A DNA stretch of 60,053 nt from a virus. Lineage: Duplodnaviria > Caudoviricetes. The notes below the pieces were generated by a model. It was not told the DNA's origin. It saw only the letters and a list, made by a program, of their open reading frames with translations, and did not search any database. Numbering within the stretch: the stretch's first letter is position 1; each line of letters begins with the position of its first letter. A program made the position numbers and the translations under genes. The stretch is from positions 1-60,053 of IMG/VR virus record IMGVR_UViG_3300005239_000048. One strand, 5' to 3'. Below are positions 39,188 through 48,870 of this stretch, in pieces.

Positions 39188-40399
39188 ATGGCGTTACTTA
39201 CAGAAAACAATAGACAATATTACGAAGGCGCTCAAGGCTTTAGAGGTGATGGTACCGTGGTTAGTTTTACAACTACTTTTGATACTGATTTAATATTTGG
39301 AGCTGCAAGTAATACAAACGTAAACTACGCTTTAAATAATTTTAAAATATACACCAGCACAAACGCTATTCCTGGCACATGGTCAGAAGTTATTGCTGGT
39401 TATACAGTTAGTGGAAACACTATTACATTTACCGCAGCGCCAGCTAATCTTTCATATATTGTAGTACAGCTTAAAAAACTGGATGGTGGTAACTATGCTA
39501 GCACCCACCAACAAAAAGCATACGGTGATACTGTAGAAAAAAACTACGGCTCTTACGCTTATATATCATTGGACGATATAATAAATAATTTCGAAGTTGC
39601 ATATGTTGGAACGGATAAATTAATAACTAGTGTCAAGCGGACAGATATAATTTTTCACGCTAAAAGAGGTTTACAAGAATTTAGTTACGATACTTTAAAA
39701 AGTGTAAACAAGCTAGAGGTTACAGTGCCTCACAATTTAAGTATACCAATACCGCAAGACTACGTTAATTATGTAGGCCTATATTGGATAGATAATTCAG
39801 GTGTTAAACATACTATAATGCCTGGAAATATGCTTACTACAAAACCAACAGATGTATTTTTAGACGATAACAAAGGCGTACCAATTCAAGATAGCTTTGA
39901 TAGCAATGTTGAAACTACATCTATAACTAACGATCGCTTTGATAATAATTTTTTAAAAAATACAAACAACGATGAGTTAGTAAACGATATAATATTTAGC
40001 TCAGGCTATTATGATATTTATGGCTTTGGCTATGGGCAGTTATATGGTTTAGATCCACAGTTTGCTAATGGTAATGGTTACTTTAATATAGACGAAAGAT
40101 ATAATAAGTTTTCTTTTTCTGCTGACTTGGTAGATAAAATAGTAGTATTAGAATACATCTCTGATGGTCTTTCTGTTGACTTAGATACAAAGATACCTAA
40201 GATGGCAGAAGAAGCTCTCTACGCACATATATCGCACGCTATACTAGCATCTAGAATAAATCAAAGCGAATATGTAGTTCAACGTTTAAAACGTGAGCGT
40301 AGTGCTAAACTTAGAAACACTAAAATACGTTTGTCAAATATCAAGCTTAGCGAAATAGTACAAGTTATGCGTGGTAAATCTAAATGGATTAAACACTAA
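39188..40399 (+). CDS. Tail ring/tube protein, paralog B2
   Basis: IPQDYVNYV motif; position in the tail module. Confidence 0.7.
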   Translation: MALLTENNRQYYEGAQGFRGDGTVVSFTTTFDTDLIFGAASNTNVNYALNNFKIYTSTNAIPGTWSEVIAGYTVSGNTITFTAAPANLSYIVVQLKKLDGGNYASTHQQKAYGDTVEKNYGSYAYISLDDIINNFEVAYVGTDKLITSVKRTDIIFHAKRGLQEFSYDTLKSVNKLEVTVPHNLSIPIPQDYVNYVGLYWIDNSGVKHTIMPGNMLTTKPTDVFLDDNKGVPIQDSFDSNVETTSITNDRFDNNFLKNTNNDELVNDIIFSSGYYDIYGFGYGQLYGLDPQFANGNGYFNIDERYNKFSFSADLVDKIVVLEYISDGLSVDLDTKIPKMAEEALYAHISHAILASRINQSEYVVQRLKRERSAKLRNTKIRLSNIKLSEIVQVMRGKSKWIKH

Positions 40400-40405
40400 A
40401 ATTAA

Positions 40406-43400
40406 ATGGCTGAAGTAAAAAACGCGTTCATCAAATCAAAGATGAACAAAGACCTTGATGCTAGACTTATACCACAAGGTGAATATCGCGACGCTGTAAA
40501 TATACAGGTTAGTAAGTCAGAAGGTGATGACGTTGGTGCTTTAGAAAATGTACTTGGAAACGTTAGTAGAGCTGACTTTGAATTAGATTCAGGCGTTTCT
40601 AATTTAACCTGTATTGGTTATTTTGTAAACGAGTTTGATAACAACGTATATTTATTTTTTACAGACTATACAGATCCATATAACACTCCGGTACCAACAT
40701 ATAATCCTAACGCGGAAAATTTTATATATCAGTGTAGTCTAGCTTCTAATCCAAACCCTACAACTCAAGCCACAATAACAAAATTAGTTGAAGGTGCTTT
40801 TCTTAATTTTTCAACTAATAGACCTATAATAGGTGTTAACGTTTTAGAAGACTTTTTATTTTTTACTGACAATAGAAATCAACCTAGAAAAATAAACGTT
40901 AACTTTGCTAATCCTAACAATTTAACTACGCCTACGTATTACACGACAGAAGATAGTATATCTGTAGCTAAATATTATCCATACGAACCAATATTATTAA
41001 TTAAAGATTCAGCATTATCTCCAGGTACAGACGAGTGTTCTATGTATGATGCTGCTAGTCAGTACATACCATTAAATAACAGTTCTTCGCCGAATATATC
41101 TAATCCATATTATGAGTCTGCTTTTCCGGGTGATCCTCAGTTTTTAGAAAATAAATTTGTAAGATTTAGTTATAGATTTAAATTTTTAGATGGTGAATAT
41201 TCTTTAATAGCACCTTTTACACAAGCTTGTTTTATACCAAAGCAAGATGGTTATTTTTTACAAGGTGATGAAAAACAAACTTTTGCAAGCACTATTGTTG
41301 ATTTTATGGAAAATAAAGTTAATAAAATAGATCTGCAAATACCGTTACCGTCTGCTGGTAATCAATTGTTAGATGATTTTCATGTATCTGAAATAGATAT
41401 TATATATAAAGAATCAGATGGTTTAGCTTTACAAGTTGTAGAAACAATACCAGTTTCTGAAATAACAGGAACAAGTAATGTTTTTGAATATTCTTATTTA
41501 TCACAAAAACCATATAAAACTTTACCGGACAGTGAAATAACAAGAGTTTATGATAAAGTTCCTGTAAAAGCATTAGGTCAAGAAATTATATCTAACAGAG
41601 TTGTTTATAGTAATTTTCAAGATAAGCACACGCCACCAAATTTTATAAAATATCAAATTGGTGCTAATGATAAATATGGCGCTGTGTCTCCTTCTTTTGA
41701 AGATGCTAAAACAACTATAGAATATCCAAACCACTCATTAAAGCAAAATAGAAACTATCAAGTTGGTTTTGTTTTAGCTGATAGATATGGTAGACAATCT
41801 ACTGTTATACTTTCTAACGATCAAGATCCTTCATCTTCGGGTGGTTTTGGTGCTGATACAGTTTACTTACCTTATAGAAGTTTAAATGATTCAATTACAT
41901 TTTTAGGTGATTCATTAAAAATATCTGTTAATGCAGTTATACAAAGTAACAAAAACGATCTAAACACTCCTAACCAACCTGGATTATACAACGGTGATTC
42001 TACTAGTGTAGATTACAATCCTTTAGGTTGGGAAACCTATAAAATAGTTGTTAAGCAAATTGAACAAGAGTATTACAATGTTTACACTAATGGTGCTATT
42101 AAAGGAGATCCGTTTTTTACTACAACCGCTCCTAATCAAAACACATCATTTATAACTTTGTTAAATGACAATATAAATAAAGTACCTAGAGACTTGTCTG
42201 AGGTTGGTCCCCAAGATAAAACATTCAGAAGTAGTGTTAGACTTTTTGGTAGAGTAGAAAATACAGATAGAGCTTTTAGCAATATTGGTAATGCTCAATT
42301 TATCCCACAAGATAATAGAGTTTCTTTTACAACTAATAATATAGAAGATTTATTTGATTTGTTTGATGTGGCAGATTTTTCAGGAACACCAGGAACTGAT
42401 CCTATAACAAGTGATGCTAATCCTTATTATGCTTTTTTTAGATCTGAATCAAATCCTTTTGTAGCAGAGTTTATTACTTCGCAAAATACAGGAGATCAAT
42501 TTGGTCTTTTAAATAAATCATACCCACAAACTGGTAGTAATAATTTTGTAAAATACGAAAACCTAGCTGTATTAGAGACAGCGCCTACAGTTTCTAGGTT
42601 AGATTTATTTTATGAAACAAGTACCGTTGGAGATATAATTACTTTGAATGCTAATGCTGGGCCTTCTAGCGGTGGTGGTGTTGCAGGTGTTAATCCTGGA
42701 TTTAACTATACTCATTTTGAAAGTTATACCTCTGGAACAGACGTGACAAACACGTTTTGGTTTGTTGATTTTGCAAACAACAAAATAGATCCAGCGCAAG
42801 TAATATCCTTTGTTGTTACTGATAATTCAGGAACTGGAACAAATAGATACCTTGAATGGACTCTAGTTCCTTTACCTAATAGTGAATACAAGTTGCAGAC
42901 AAACGATACATTTTATTATACAGCTTCACCTGGAGATGCTGGTTTGCAAGAATCTTATAATTTTACTTTTCAAGTACTAACAAATCAGGGTACAAGTACT
43001 GTTACAGGCGTCAGTGGAATATTACAAAATTCACCACCATCAATAACTAACTCTAATACAACCCCTATACAAGCGGTAATAGGACAGCAATCTATATTAA
43101 CAGGCTTAACTGGTTTTAATGGTAGTGCTGATAATACACAAAATACTGATAATTTAACATTTACTATAGCAAGTAAAACTGGTAACGGCGATTATACTGT
43201 TACACCTAACAATGATGTTGAAAATATCGAGCCTTCCGCTGCTGGAACAGGTAGTTTTACAGTTCAAGTTACGGATAATGGTAATCCAAACGCACGCGTT
43301 GCAACTAAAACTTTTGATGTTATTTTTGACGAACCAAACTCAAGTACTCGGCAGGAGTATATAGCTCCACAAGCCCTTGGCATAATAGATGGTTCAGGTG

Positions 43401-44419
43401 TAGCATTGTTTCTTACTAATAGTTTTAGTAGTTATTTAACAAGTGATATTCCTAGTAATTTAGGAAATACTACAACTGCTTATGTTAGAGGTTTAACAGC
43501 TCCATCAAGCGCGACTAATCCTTTAACAATAGAAGTATGCACGGGCAACCCAATAGCAAACCCATTTGGTATACCAAACTTTTTTAATTTTAAATCTGAT
43601 AACGCGCTTTCTGCAGGTGCTTTTTACGTTTATATAAACCCTTATAATAGTCAAACTAATAGTGGTACAATTGGTAGTTCTCAAATAAACGTTAGGTTTG
43701 CTATATCACGCTATGATACATCACAAAACCAATGGGTTACCGCGGTAGACATGAATGGCGATCCAGCGACTACAACAGCAATGTTTAGACACTACTTCAG
43801 CCAACAAGGTTATATTTCAAATACTAGTAATTATCCTAGTAGTACAACAGGTAGTATAACAGTTCAAAAAGATGAAACGACACCTACGCCAAGATACGGT
43901 GGTCTAGTTTATGCATTTGACCAGCCTGGCGAATATAGAATTATACATGGAAACTTTCAATCTACGTTTGGAGCGTTTAATACGTCTCTTGTTGGGTGTA
44001 ATAACCCAAATACAAGCAACCAAATGGTAAGTGTAGTAGAATATGGTGATTTTTATTATACAGTAGATGGAGCTGGTGGTGCAGATTCAAGTATAGGTCC
44101 ACCTGTTGGACAATCAAATACGGTTTATAGATACCAAGTATCACAGGGTAGTTGCGTTAGTAGTTTTAATGGTTCTAACGTATATGCTAGAGAACCATTA
44201 GCAAAATATGTAACTCAACTTTATACTGATACAGCAAAAACAAGTTTATACTCTAGTACGGCTGGAACTGACTATAGAATTAAAAGAATGGAAAATCTAA
44301 ACCCTGCTATTAGTGGTTCTTTAAGTCCTGAGTATACTCAACAAGGGTCTTATACTTTTCAATTTTCAAATACTACGGGGCTTGTAAATGCTGGCACTCA
44401 AACACCTTGTTTTTATTAA
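40406..44419 (+). CDS. Tail stabilisation/nozzle protein, N-terminal part with Ig-like C-terminal extension
   Basis: F.KSKMNKDLD.RL...GEYRDA.N, LFFTD.RNQPRKIN, RFSYRFK, YQVG.V..D.YGR motifs. Confidence 0.75.
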   Translation: MAEVKNAFIKSKMNKDLDARLIPQGEYRDAVNIQVSKSEGDDVGALENVLGNVSRADFELDSGVSNLTCIGYFVNEFDNNVYLFFTDYTDPYNTPVPTYNPNAENFIYQCSLASNPNPTTQATITKLVEGAFLNFSTNRPIIGVNVLEDFLFFTDNRNQPRKINVNFANPNNLTTPTYYTTEDSISVAKYYPYEPILLIKDSALSPGTDECSMYDAASQYIPLNNSSSPNISNPYYESAFPGDPQFLENKFVRFSYRFKFLDGEYSLIAPFTQACFIPKQDGYFLQGDEKQTFASTIVDFMENKVNKIDLQIPLPSAGNQLLDDFHVSEIDIIYKESDGLALQVVETIPVSEITGTSNVFEYSYLSQKPYKTLPDSEITRVYDKVPVKALGQEIISNRVVYSNFQDKHTPPNFIKYQIGANDKYGAVSPSFEDAKTTIEYPNHSLKQNRNYQVGFVLADRYGRQSTVILSNDQDPSSSGGFGADTVYLPYRSLNDSITFLGDSLKISVNAVIQSNKNDLNTPNQPGLYNGDSTSVDYNPLGWETYKIVVKQIEQEYYNVYTNGAIKGDPFFTTTAPNQNTSFITLLNDNINKVPRDLSEVGPQDKTFRSSVRLFGRVENTDRAFSNIGNAQFIPQDNRVSFTTNNIEDLFDLFDVADFSGTPGTDPITSDANPYYAFFRSESNPFVAEFITSQNTGDQFGLLNKSYPQTGSNNFVKYENLAVLETAPTVSRLDLFYETSTVGDIITLNANAGPSSGGGVAGVNPGFNYTHFESYTSGTDVTNTFWFVDFANNKIDPAQVISFVVTDNSGTGTNRYLEWTLVPLPNSEYKLQTNDTFYYTASPGDAGLQESYNFTFQVLTNQGTSTVTGVSGILQNSPPSITNSNTTPIQAVIGQQSILTGLTGFNGSADNTQNTDNLTFTIASKTGNGDYTVTPNNDVENIEPSAAGTGSFTVQVTDNGNPNARVATKTFDVIFDEPNSSTRQEYIAPQALGIIDGSGVALFLTNSFSSYLTSDIPSNLGNTTTAYVRGLTAPSSATNPLTIEVCTGNPIANPFGIPNFFNFKSDNALSAGAFYVYINPYNSQTNSGTIGSSQINVRFAISRYDTSQNQWVTAVDMNGDPATTTAMFRHYFSQQGYISNTSNYPSSTTGSITVQKDETTPTPRYGGLVYAFDQPGEYRIIHGNFQSTFGAFNTSLVGCNNPNTSNQMVSVVEYGDFYYTVDGAGGADSSIGPPVGQSNTVYRYQVSQGSCVSSFNGSNVYAREPLAKYVTQLYTDTAKTSLYSSTAGTDYRIKRMENLNPAISGSLSPEYTQQGSYTFQFSNTTGLVNAGTQTPCFY

Positions 44420-44422
44420 AAT

Positions 44423-45982
44423 ATGGGAGCGATAATAGAAGTAAAATATTTTAACTCTTTTTTACTAAAGAAGACTGTTGCGAGCGGAGCAACCGGTACA
44501 ACACCTCCTGTGTGGAACGGTAGTACTGGTGTACCAGCAAGCGTTAATGGTTCTTACCCTGTTAATAGTAGCACTAACCAAGGTGAAAGTTGGTTTGTAG
44601 AAGAAGCTCGCATTAGAGGTGGTTATAACAACACTAATATATCTTATGGTGTTAGAGCTTATTTAGTAGATGACGAACCTAATGGATCTATAAGATCAAA
44701 TGCTCTTATATATTCTGGTATATTCAATTCACGCACTGGTATTAATAACACTAACGTATTTAGCGTAGGTGAAGATATAACTAAAGCCGCAGATCCTGCA
44801 AATGGTAGTATACAAAAGCTATATGCTGAAGACACGAACCTTGTTATATTCCAAGAAAATAAAGTTAGTAGAGCTTTAATAGATAAAGACGCAATATACT
44901 CAGCCGAAGGTGGTGGTACTGTTACATCTGCTAATTTAGTTATTGGACAAATAGTTCCTTACGCTGGTAACTTTGGTATTAGTAGAAACCCAGAAAGCTT
45001 TGCTGTCTATGGTTATAGAAAATATTTTACTGATAAAAATAGAAACGCTATAATACGCTTATCTCAAGATGGTATTACCGAAATATCTAACTATGGTATG
45101 ATAGATTATTTTAGAGATGAGCTTTCTAATTTAAGCGTAAACGATAAAGCCATAGGGTCTTGGGATATATATACAAAACAATATATAGTTAGCCTACAGG
45201 GGTCTAACATAACACCAACAATAACCGGAAACGATAGAGGAGCTTGGGTTTCTGGTGATGATTATGAAAAAGATGATGCTGTAACATATTTAGGTAATGT
45301 TTACATTTGTATATCTGACGTTTCAGGTTCAACCACACCACCAAGTAGTGATACTAGTAATTGGTTTATTTTTTCAGACACATACCAAACACTCGCGTTT
45401 GACGAGTCTGTGCTGGGTTGGACAAGTAGATTTACTTATAAACCAGAGCAAGCATTTAGTGTTAAATCTAAATATTACAGTGTAAATAGAGGTAAATTAT
45501 ATCAACACAATTACCAGCAAGTAGGTCAAGATAATAATAGAGGTAAGTTTTATGGCGTATACTCTGATTCTAGAATTACATTTATATTTAACCCAAAAGT
45601 TAGCGCCTCTAAAGTATTTAAAACTATTAATTACGAAGGATCTACAGGTTGGGAAGTTCCAAGCTTTAACGCCGCTAGAAGTTTTGAATTAAACGATACT
45701 TCGAATTTAGTTTATAGTTTTGACGAAGGCTCTTATTCACAGAATGGCATACAATACTATGCTGGTTTTTATAACAAAGAAGGTAAGTATTTTGCTAATC
45801 TTATTAACAGTAGTTCAGAAACGGCTAGAGAAGTTGTATATGGCGCAAGTGTTTCAGGTGTAAAAGGTTACTACGCAACTGTGACTATAAGAACAGATGA
45901 TAGTACACAAGTGGCTGGAGCAGGTGGTAAAACACGCGAGCTGTTCGCTGTGTCATCTGAATACGTAGAATCAAGTTATTAA
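44423..45982 (+). CDS. Tail stabilisation/nozzle protein, C-terminal part, with CBM5/12-like insert
   Basis: GSIQKL...L.IFQE.KVS, GIS.NPESFA.YG, KVFKTINYEG, KEGKYFA motifs. Confidence 0.75.
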   Translation: MGAIIEVKYFNSFLLKKTVASGATGTTPPVWNGSTGVPASVNGSYPVNSSTNQGESWFVEEARIRGGYNNTNISYGVRAYLVDDEPNGSIRSNALIYSGIFNSRTGINNTNVFSVGEDITKAADPANGSIQKLYAEDTNLVIFQENKVSRALIDKDAIYSAEGGGTVTSANLVIGQIVPYAGNFGISRNPESFAVYGYRKYFTDKNRNAIIRLSQDGITEISNYGMIDYFRDELSNLSVNDKAIGSWDIYTKQYIVSLQGSNITPTITGNDRGAWVSGDDYEKDDAVTYLGNVYICISDVSGSTTPPSSDTSNWFIFSDTYQTLAFDESVLGWTSRFTYKPEQAFSVKSKYYSVNRGKLYQHNYQQVGQDNNRGKFYGVYSDSRITFIFNPKVSASKVFKTINYEGSTGWEVPSFNAARSFELNDTSNLVYSFDEGSYSQNGIQYYAGFYNKEGKYFANLINSSSETAREVVYGASVSGVKGYYATVTIRTDDSTQVAGAGGKTRELFAVSSEYVESSY

Positions 45983-45987
45983 ATTAT

Positions 45988-46398
45988 ATGGAATTAAAAG
46001 CGCGTCTATTAAAAGACGAAGATTACGAAACTCTATGCGAGTGGTGGAAACATTGGCCTAAATGGCCGGTAAGTCCACCAAGAACTTTTTTACCTGATAA
46101 CGGTAAAGGAGGATTAATGGTAGAGAAAAACGGTAGGCCAGTATGCGCTGGGTTTTTATACATGACAAACTCAGACGCTGTTTTACTCGAATGGATAGTA
46201 TCAGATCCAGAGTATAGAGATAAAGATCGCAAGCAAGCGATAGAGTTACTTATAACTTCTGCAGAAGAATTATGTAAGAAGTTAGGTAAAGTACATATGT
46301 TTACTATCGGTAGAAATAAACATTTGATAAATACACATAAAAAATTAGGGTGGCTTGTTGATGAAGAACCGTCACACGAAATAATTAAAAATATATAA
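45988..46398 (+). CDS. GNAT-fold protein
   Basis: IVSDPEYR...LI...EELCK.LG...L...HKKLGW pattern; precedes the ejection genes. Confidence 0.6.
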   Translation: MELKARLLKDEDYETLCEWWKHWPKWPVSPPRTFLPDNGKGGLMVEKNGRPVCAGFLYMTNSDAVLLEWIVSDPEYRDKDRKQAIELLITSAEELCKKLGKVHMFTIGRNKHLINTHKKLGWLVDEEPSHEIIKNI

Positions 46399-46401
46399 AT
46401 C

Positions 46402-47334
46402 ATGGCAGGAGTTGTAGCAATTGGAGCTGCGGTAGCAGGCACAGTAGCTTCTACAGTAATAGGCGCTAATTCAGCTAAAAAGGCAGAACGTAGAGCTAGA
46501 AGCGATAAAAACCGTTTAATAGACGAGCTTGAAGAACTTGAAAACTCAAGACAAGAAGTTATAAATCCTTATGAAAATGTATCTTCATTAGAGAGTATGG
46601 TTGTTGATAACGCTGGTATGTTGTCTAACCCTTATAAAAACATTGGGGTTGCTACAAAAGCTGCAGAGTTTCAAGCTGAAGAAGCTGATATTGCTTTAGC
46701 TAATACGTTAGATTTATTAGCGTCTACTGGCGCTAGCGCTGGCGGTGCAACTGCTCTTGCGCAAGCTGCGCTGCAAAGTAAAAGAGGTATTGCCGCTAGT
46801 TTAGAATCACAAGAAGCTAAAAACCAAGAGTTGATAGCTAGAGGCGAAGAAAACTTACAAACAAAACAAATGTCAGAAGCGCAACGTGTTCAAAATGCTC
46901 AGATGTCAGAGGCTCAACGTATGCAACAAGCAGATGTTCTAGGCAAAGAATTTGTTTACGGAGAGAAAGAACGTAGAGAAATGCAACAGCTAAATAGAAA
47001 ACAGGCACAGATTACCGGGTCGGCACAGGCTGAAGTCGCGGCGCGGCAATCAAAGGCTCAAGCTATTGGTGCTGGTGTTGGGGCTTTAGGTAATATAGCT
47101 GGTGCTGCTATATCTGATAGACGTCTTAAAAAGAATATAAAATTAATAGGTAAATCTAACAGCGGTTTAAATATATATGCTTTTGAATATATAAATAAAA
47201 TATTTGGTAAAGGTAAATGGCAAGGCGTTATGTCGGACGAGGTTCCTAACAATGCTATTATTAAAAACTTTACTGGTATATTTGATGGTGTAGATTATTC
47301 TAAAATCGACGTAGAGTTTAAACAAATAAATTAA
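46402..47334 (+). CDS. Ejection/internal virion protein with C-terminal S74-type chaperone-like domain
   Basis: A/G-rich hydrophobic N-terminus, A/Q coiled coil, SDRRLKKNI...GVM...V...VDYSKI. Confidence 0.7.
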   Translation: MAGVVAIGAAVAGTVASTVIGANSAKKAERRARSDKNRLIDELEELENSRQEVINPYENVSSLESMVVDNAGMLSNPYKNIGVATKAAEFQAEEADIALANTLDLLASTGASAGGATALAQAALQSKRGIAASLESQEAKNQELIARGEENLQTKQMSEAQRVQNAQMSEAQRMQQADVLGKEFVYGEKERREMQQLNRKQAQITGSAQAEVAARQSKAQAIGAGVGALGNIAGAAISDRRLKKNIKLIGKSNSGLNIYAFEYINKIFGKGKWQGVMSDEVPNNAIIKNFTGIFDGVDYSKIDVEFKQIN

Positions 47335-47335
47335 C

Positions 47336-48853
47336 ATGGCAGAATTACCACAATTTTCAAGAAACTACGGTAGTAGAGGAGGTGCTTATGAAAGTCCAGC
47401 AACAGCAATAGATTATTCGGGTAAAGAATATGCTAAAGCTATAACTAATATAGGTAATTCTGTAGCTAAGGTTATAAACGAAAAAACAAAAAGAAACTCT
47501 AGTGCTGTACAAGAAACTCAAAAATATTTAGATTACAACGCTAAGTTTGTTTTAGAAAACTACGATGAGTTTAGTGCCAACATGGAAAAAGTTGGTGTTA
47601 ACAATCCTAGTCTTAATAAAGCTGGTTTGTTTGCTATAGAGAAAAAAGCCCAGGCATATATGGCTATGAAAAGTTCTACATCTAAAGAACTGCAAATGGA
47701 AGCTGCTAGAGAATACGCTTTATGGGACGGTAAAATAAATGAATTAACTCAATTAATTAACGCTGGAAAAGAAGCCAATGAAAGTTATTATGCTGATTAT
47801 GTAGATGGTTACCCTAAAGTAAACACAGAAGGCGGTGTATCAACCACTAACGCAAACGTAGGTTTATCTAAACAATACCAGCTTGCTATGCCAGCTAGAA
47901 TAGGTGCCACACGTAATCCAGAAGAACAATGGTTTTTTGATGAAAATGATAATTGGAAAATCAAAACAGCGTATTCCAGCGAACAGATAACACAGGCTTA
48001 CAAAAAAGGTGAGATTAAAAACAACTATGTTGTAGCTGATCCTAAAGTTTTATTTGCTTTTGATGGTGGTAAAGTGCCAAATATAACCACTGATAGAAAT
48101 AAATTCTTAGAAGAATCTGGTATATTTAAAGATGGTAAATTTGGAGATGATTATATTTCAGAACCAGAATTAAAAACAACCGAAAATAAACAGTTTGAAT
48201 ATACGTTTAGACCTAGCAAGTTTGCAGATATAGAAACCACAGCAACACCTTTTATTACAGCTCAAGTAAATAGCTTTCTTAAATTTCCTGAAAAAGCTAA
48301 AAACATTTGGTCGCATGTTCTTAATGGTTATGCTCCTGAGGGTGCTGAACTAAACTATGCTAACGGGCAAGTTGGTACAGCGTTTGACGAAGAATCTTCA
48401 AAAACGTTTGGTGAAGCTTACACGGCTTGGTTCTTAGATGATTTAAGGAAAAAAAGCGGCAACGCTAGTAACTATAAAAAAATTACACCCGACGAACCTA
48501 CAGATGCAGAGCTTAGGGCTAGAAGAAAAGAAACTAAAGCTACTGAAAAAGATAAAAAGAAAAAGGAGTATCTTGATAAAACTTACGATATAGATAGGTT
48601 AATAAACTTAAATCAAGTAATTAAATTAGCTCAAGATGAAGGTTTAAAAGTAGAAGAGTTTGAAGATCCAAACGATGGAATTGAAGTAGAAGGTAAAGCA
48701 ATAACTCCAGGTACATCTCCAAGAGAAAGAAGAAAAATACTATTAATAGCTAGCGGTATTGACGCGGCAACAGCTGATGAAATGGCTGGAGAAGATTCAG
48801 CTCCATTCGGACCAAGTCAAGATCCAAGTACTTACAAAGGTGTTTCTTTTTAA
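47336..48853 (+). CDS. Putative ejection/internal virion protein
   Basis: 505 aa between the ejection gene and the giant gene. Confidence 0.55.
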   Translation: MAELPQFSRNYGSRGGAYESPATAIDYSGKEYAKAITNIGNSVAKVINEKTKRNSSAVQETQKYLDYNAKFVLENYDEFSANMEKVGVNNPSLNKAGLFAIEKKAQAYMAMKSSTSKELQMEAAREYALWDGKINELTQLINAGKEANESYYADYVDGYPKVNTEGGVSTTNANVGLSKQYQLAMPARIGATRNPEEQWFFDENDNWKIKTAYSSEQITQAYKKGEIKNNYVVADPKVLFAFDGGKVPNITTDRNKFLEESGIFKDGKFGDDYISEPELKTTENKQFEYTFRPSKFADIETTATPFITAQVNSFLKFPEKAKNIWSHVLNGYAPEGAELNYANGQVGTAFDEESSKTFGEAYTAWFLDDLRKKSGNASNYKKITPDEPTDAELRARRKETKATEKDKKKKEYLDKTYDIDRLINLNQVIKLAQDEGLKVEEFEDPNDGIEVEGKAITPGTSPRERRKILLIASGIDAATADEMAGEDSAPFGPSQDPSTYKGVSF

Positions 48854-48870
48854 TAATTAAATTATATAAT

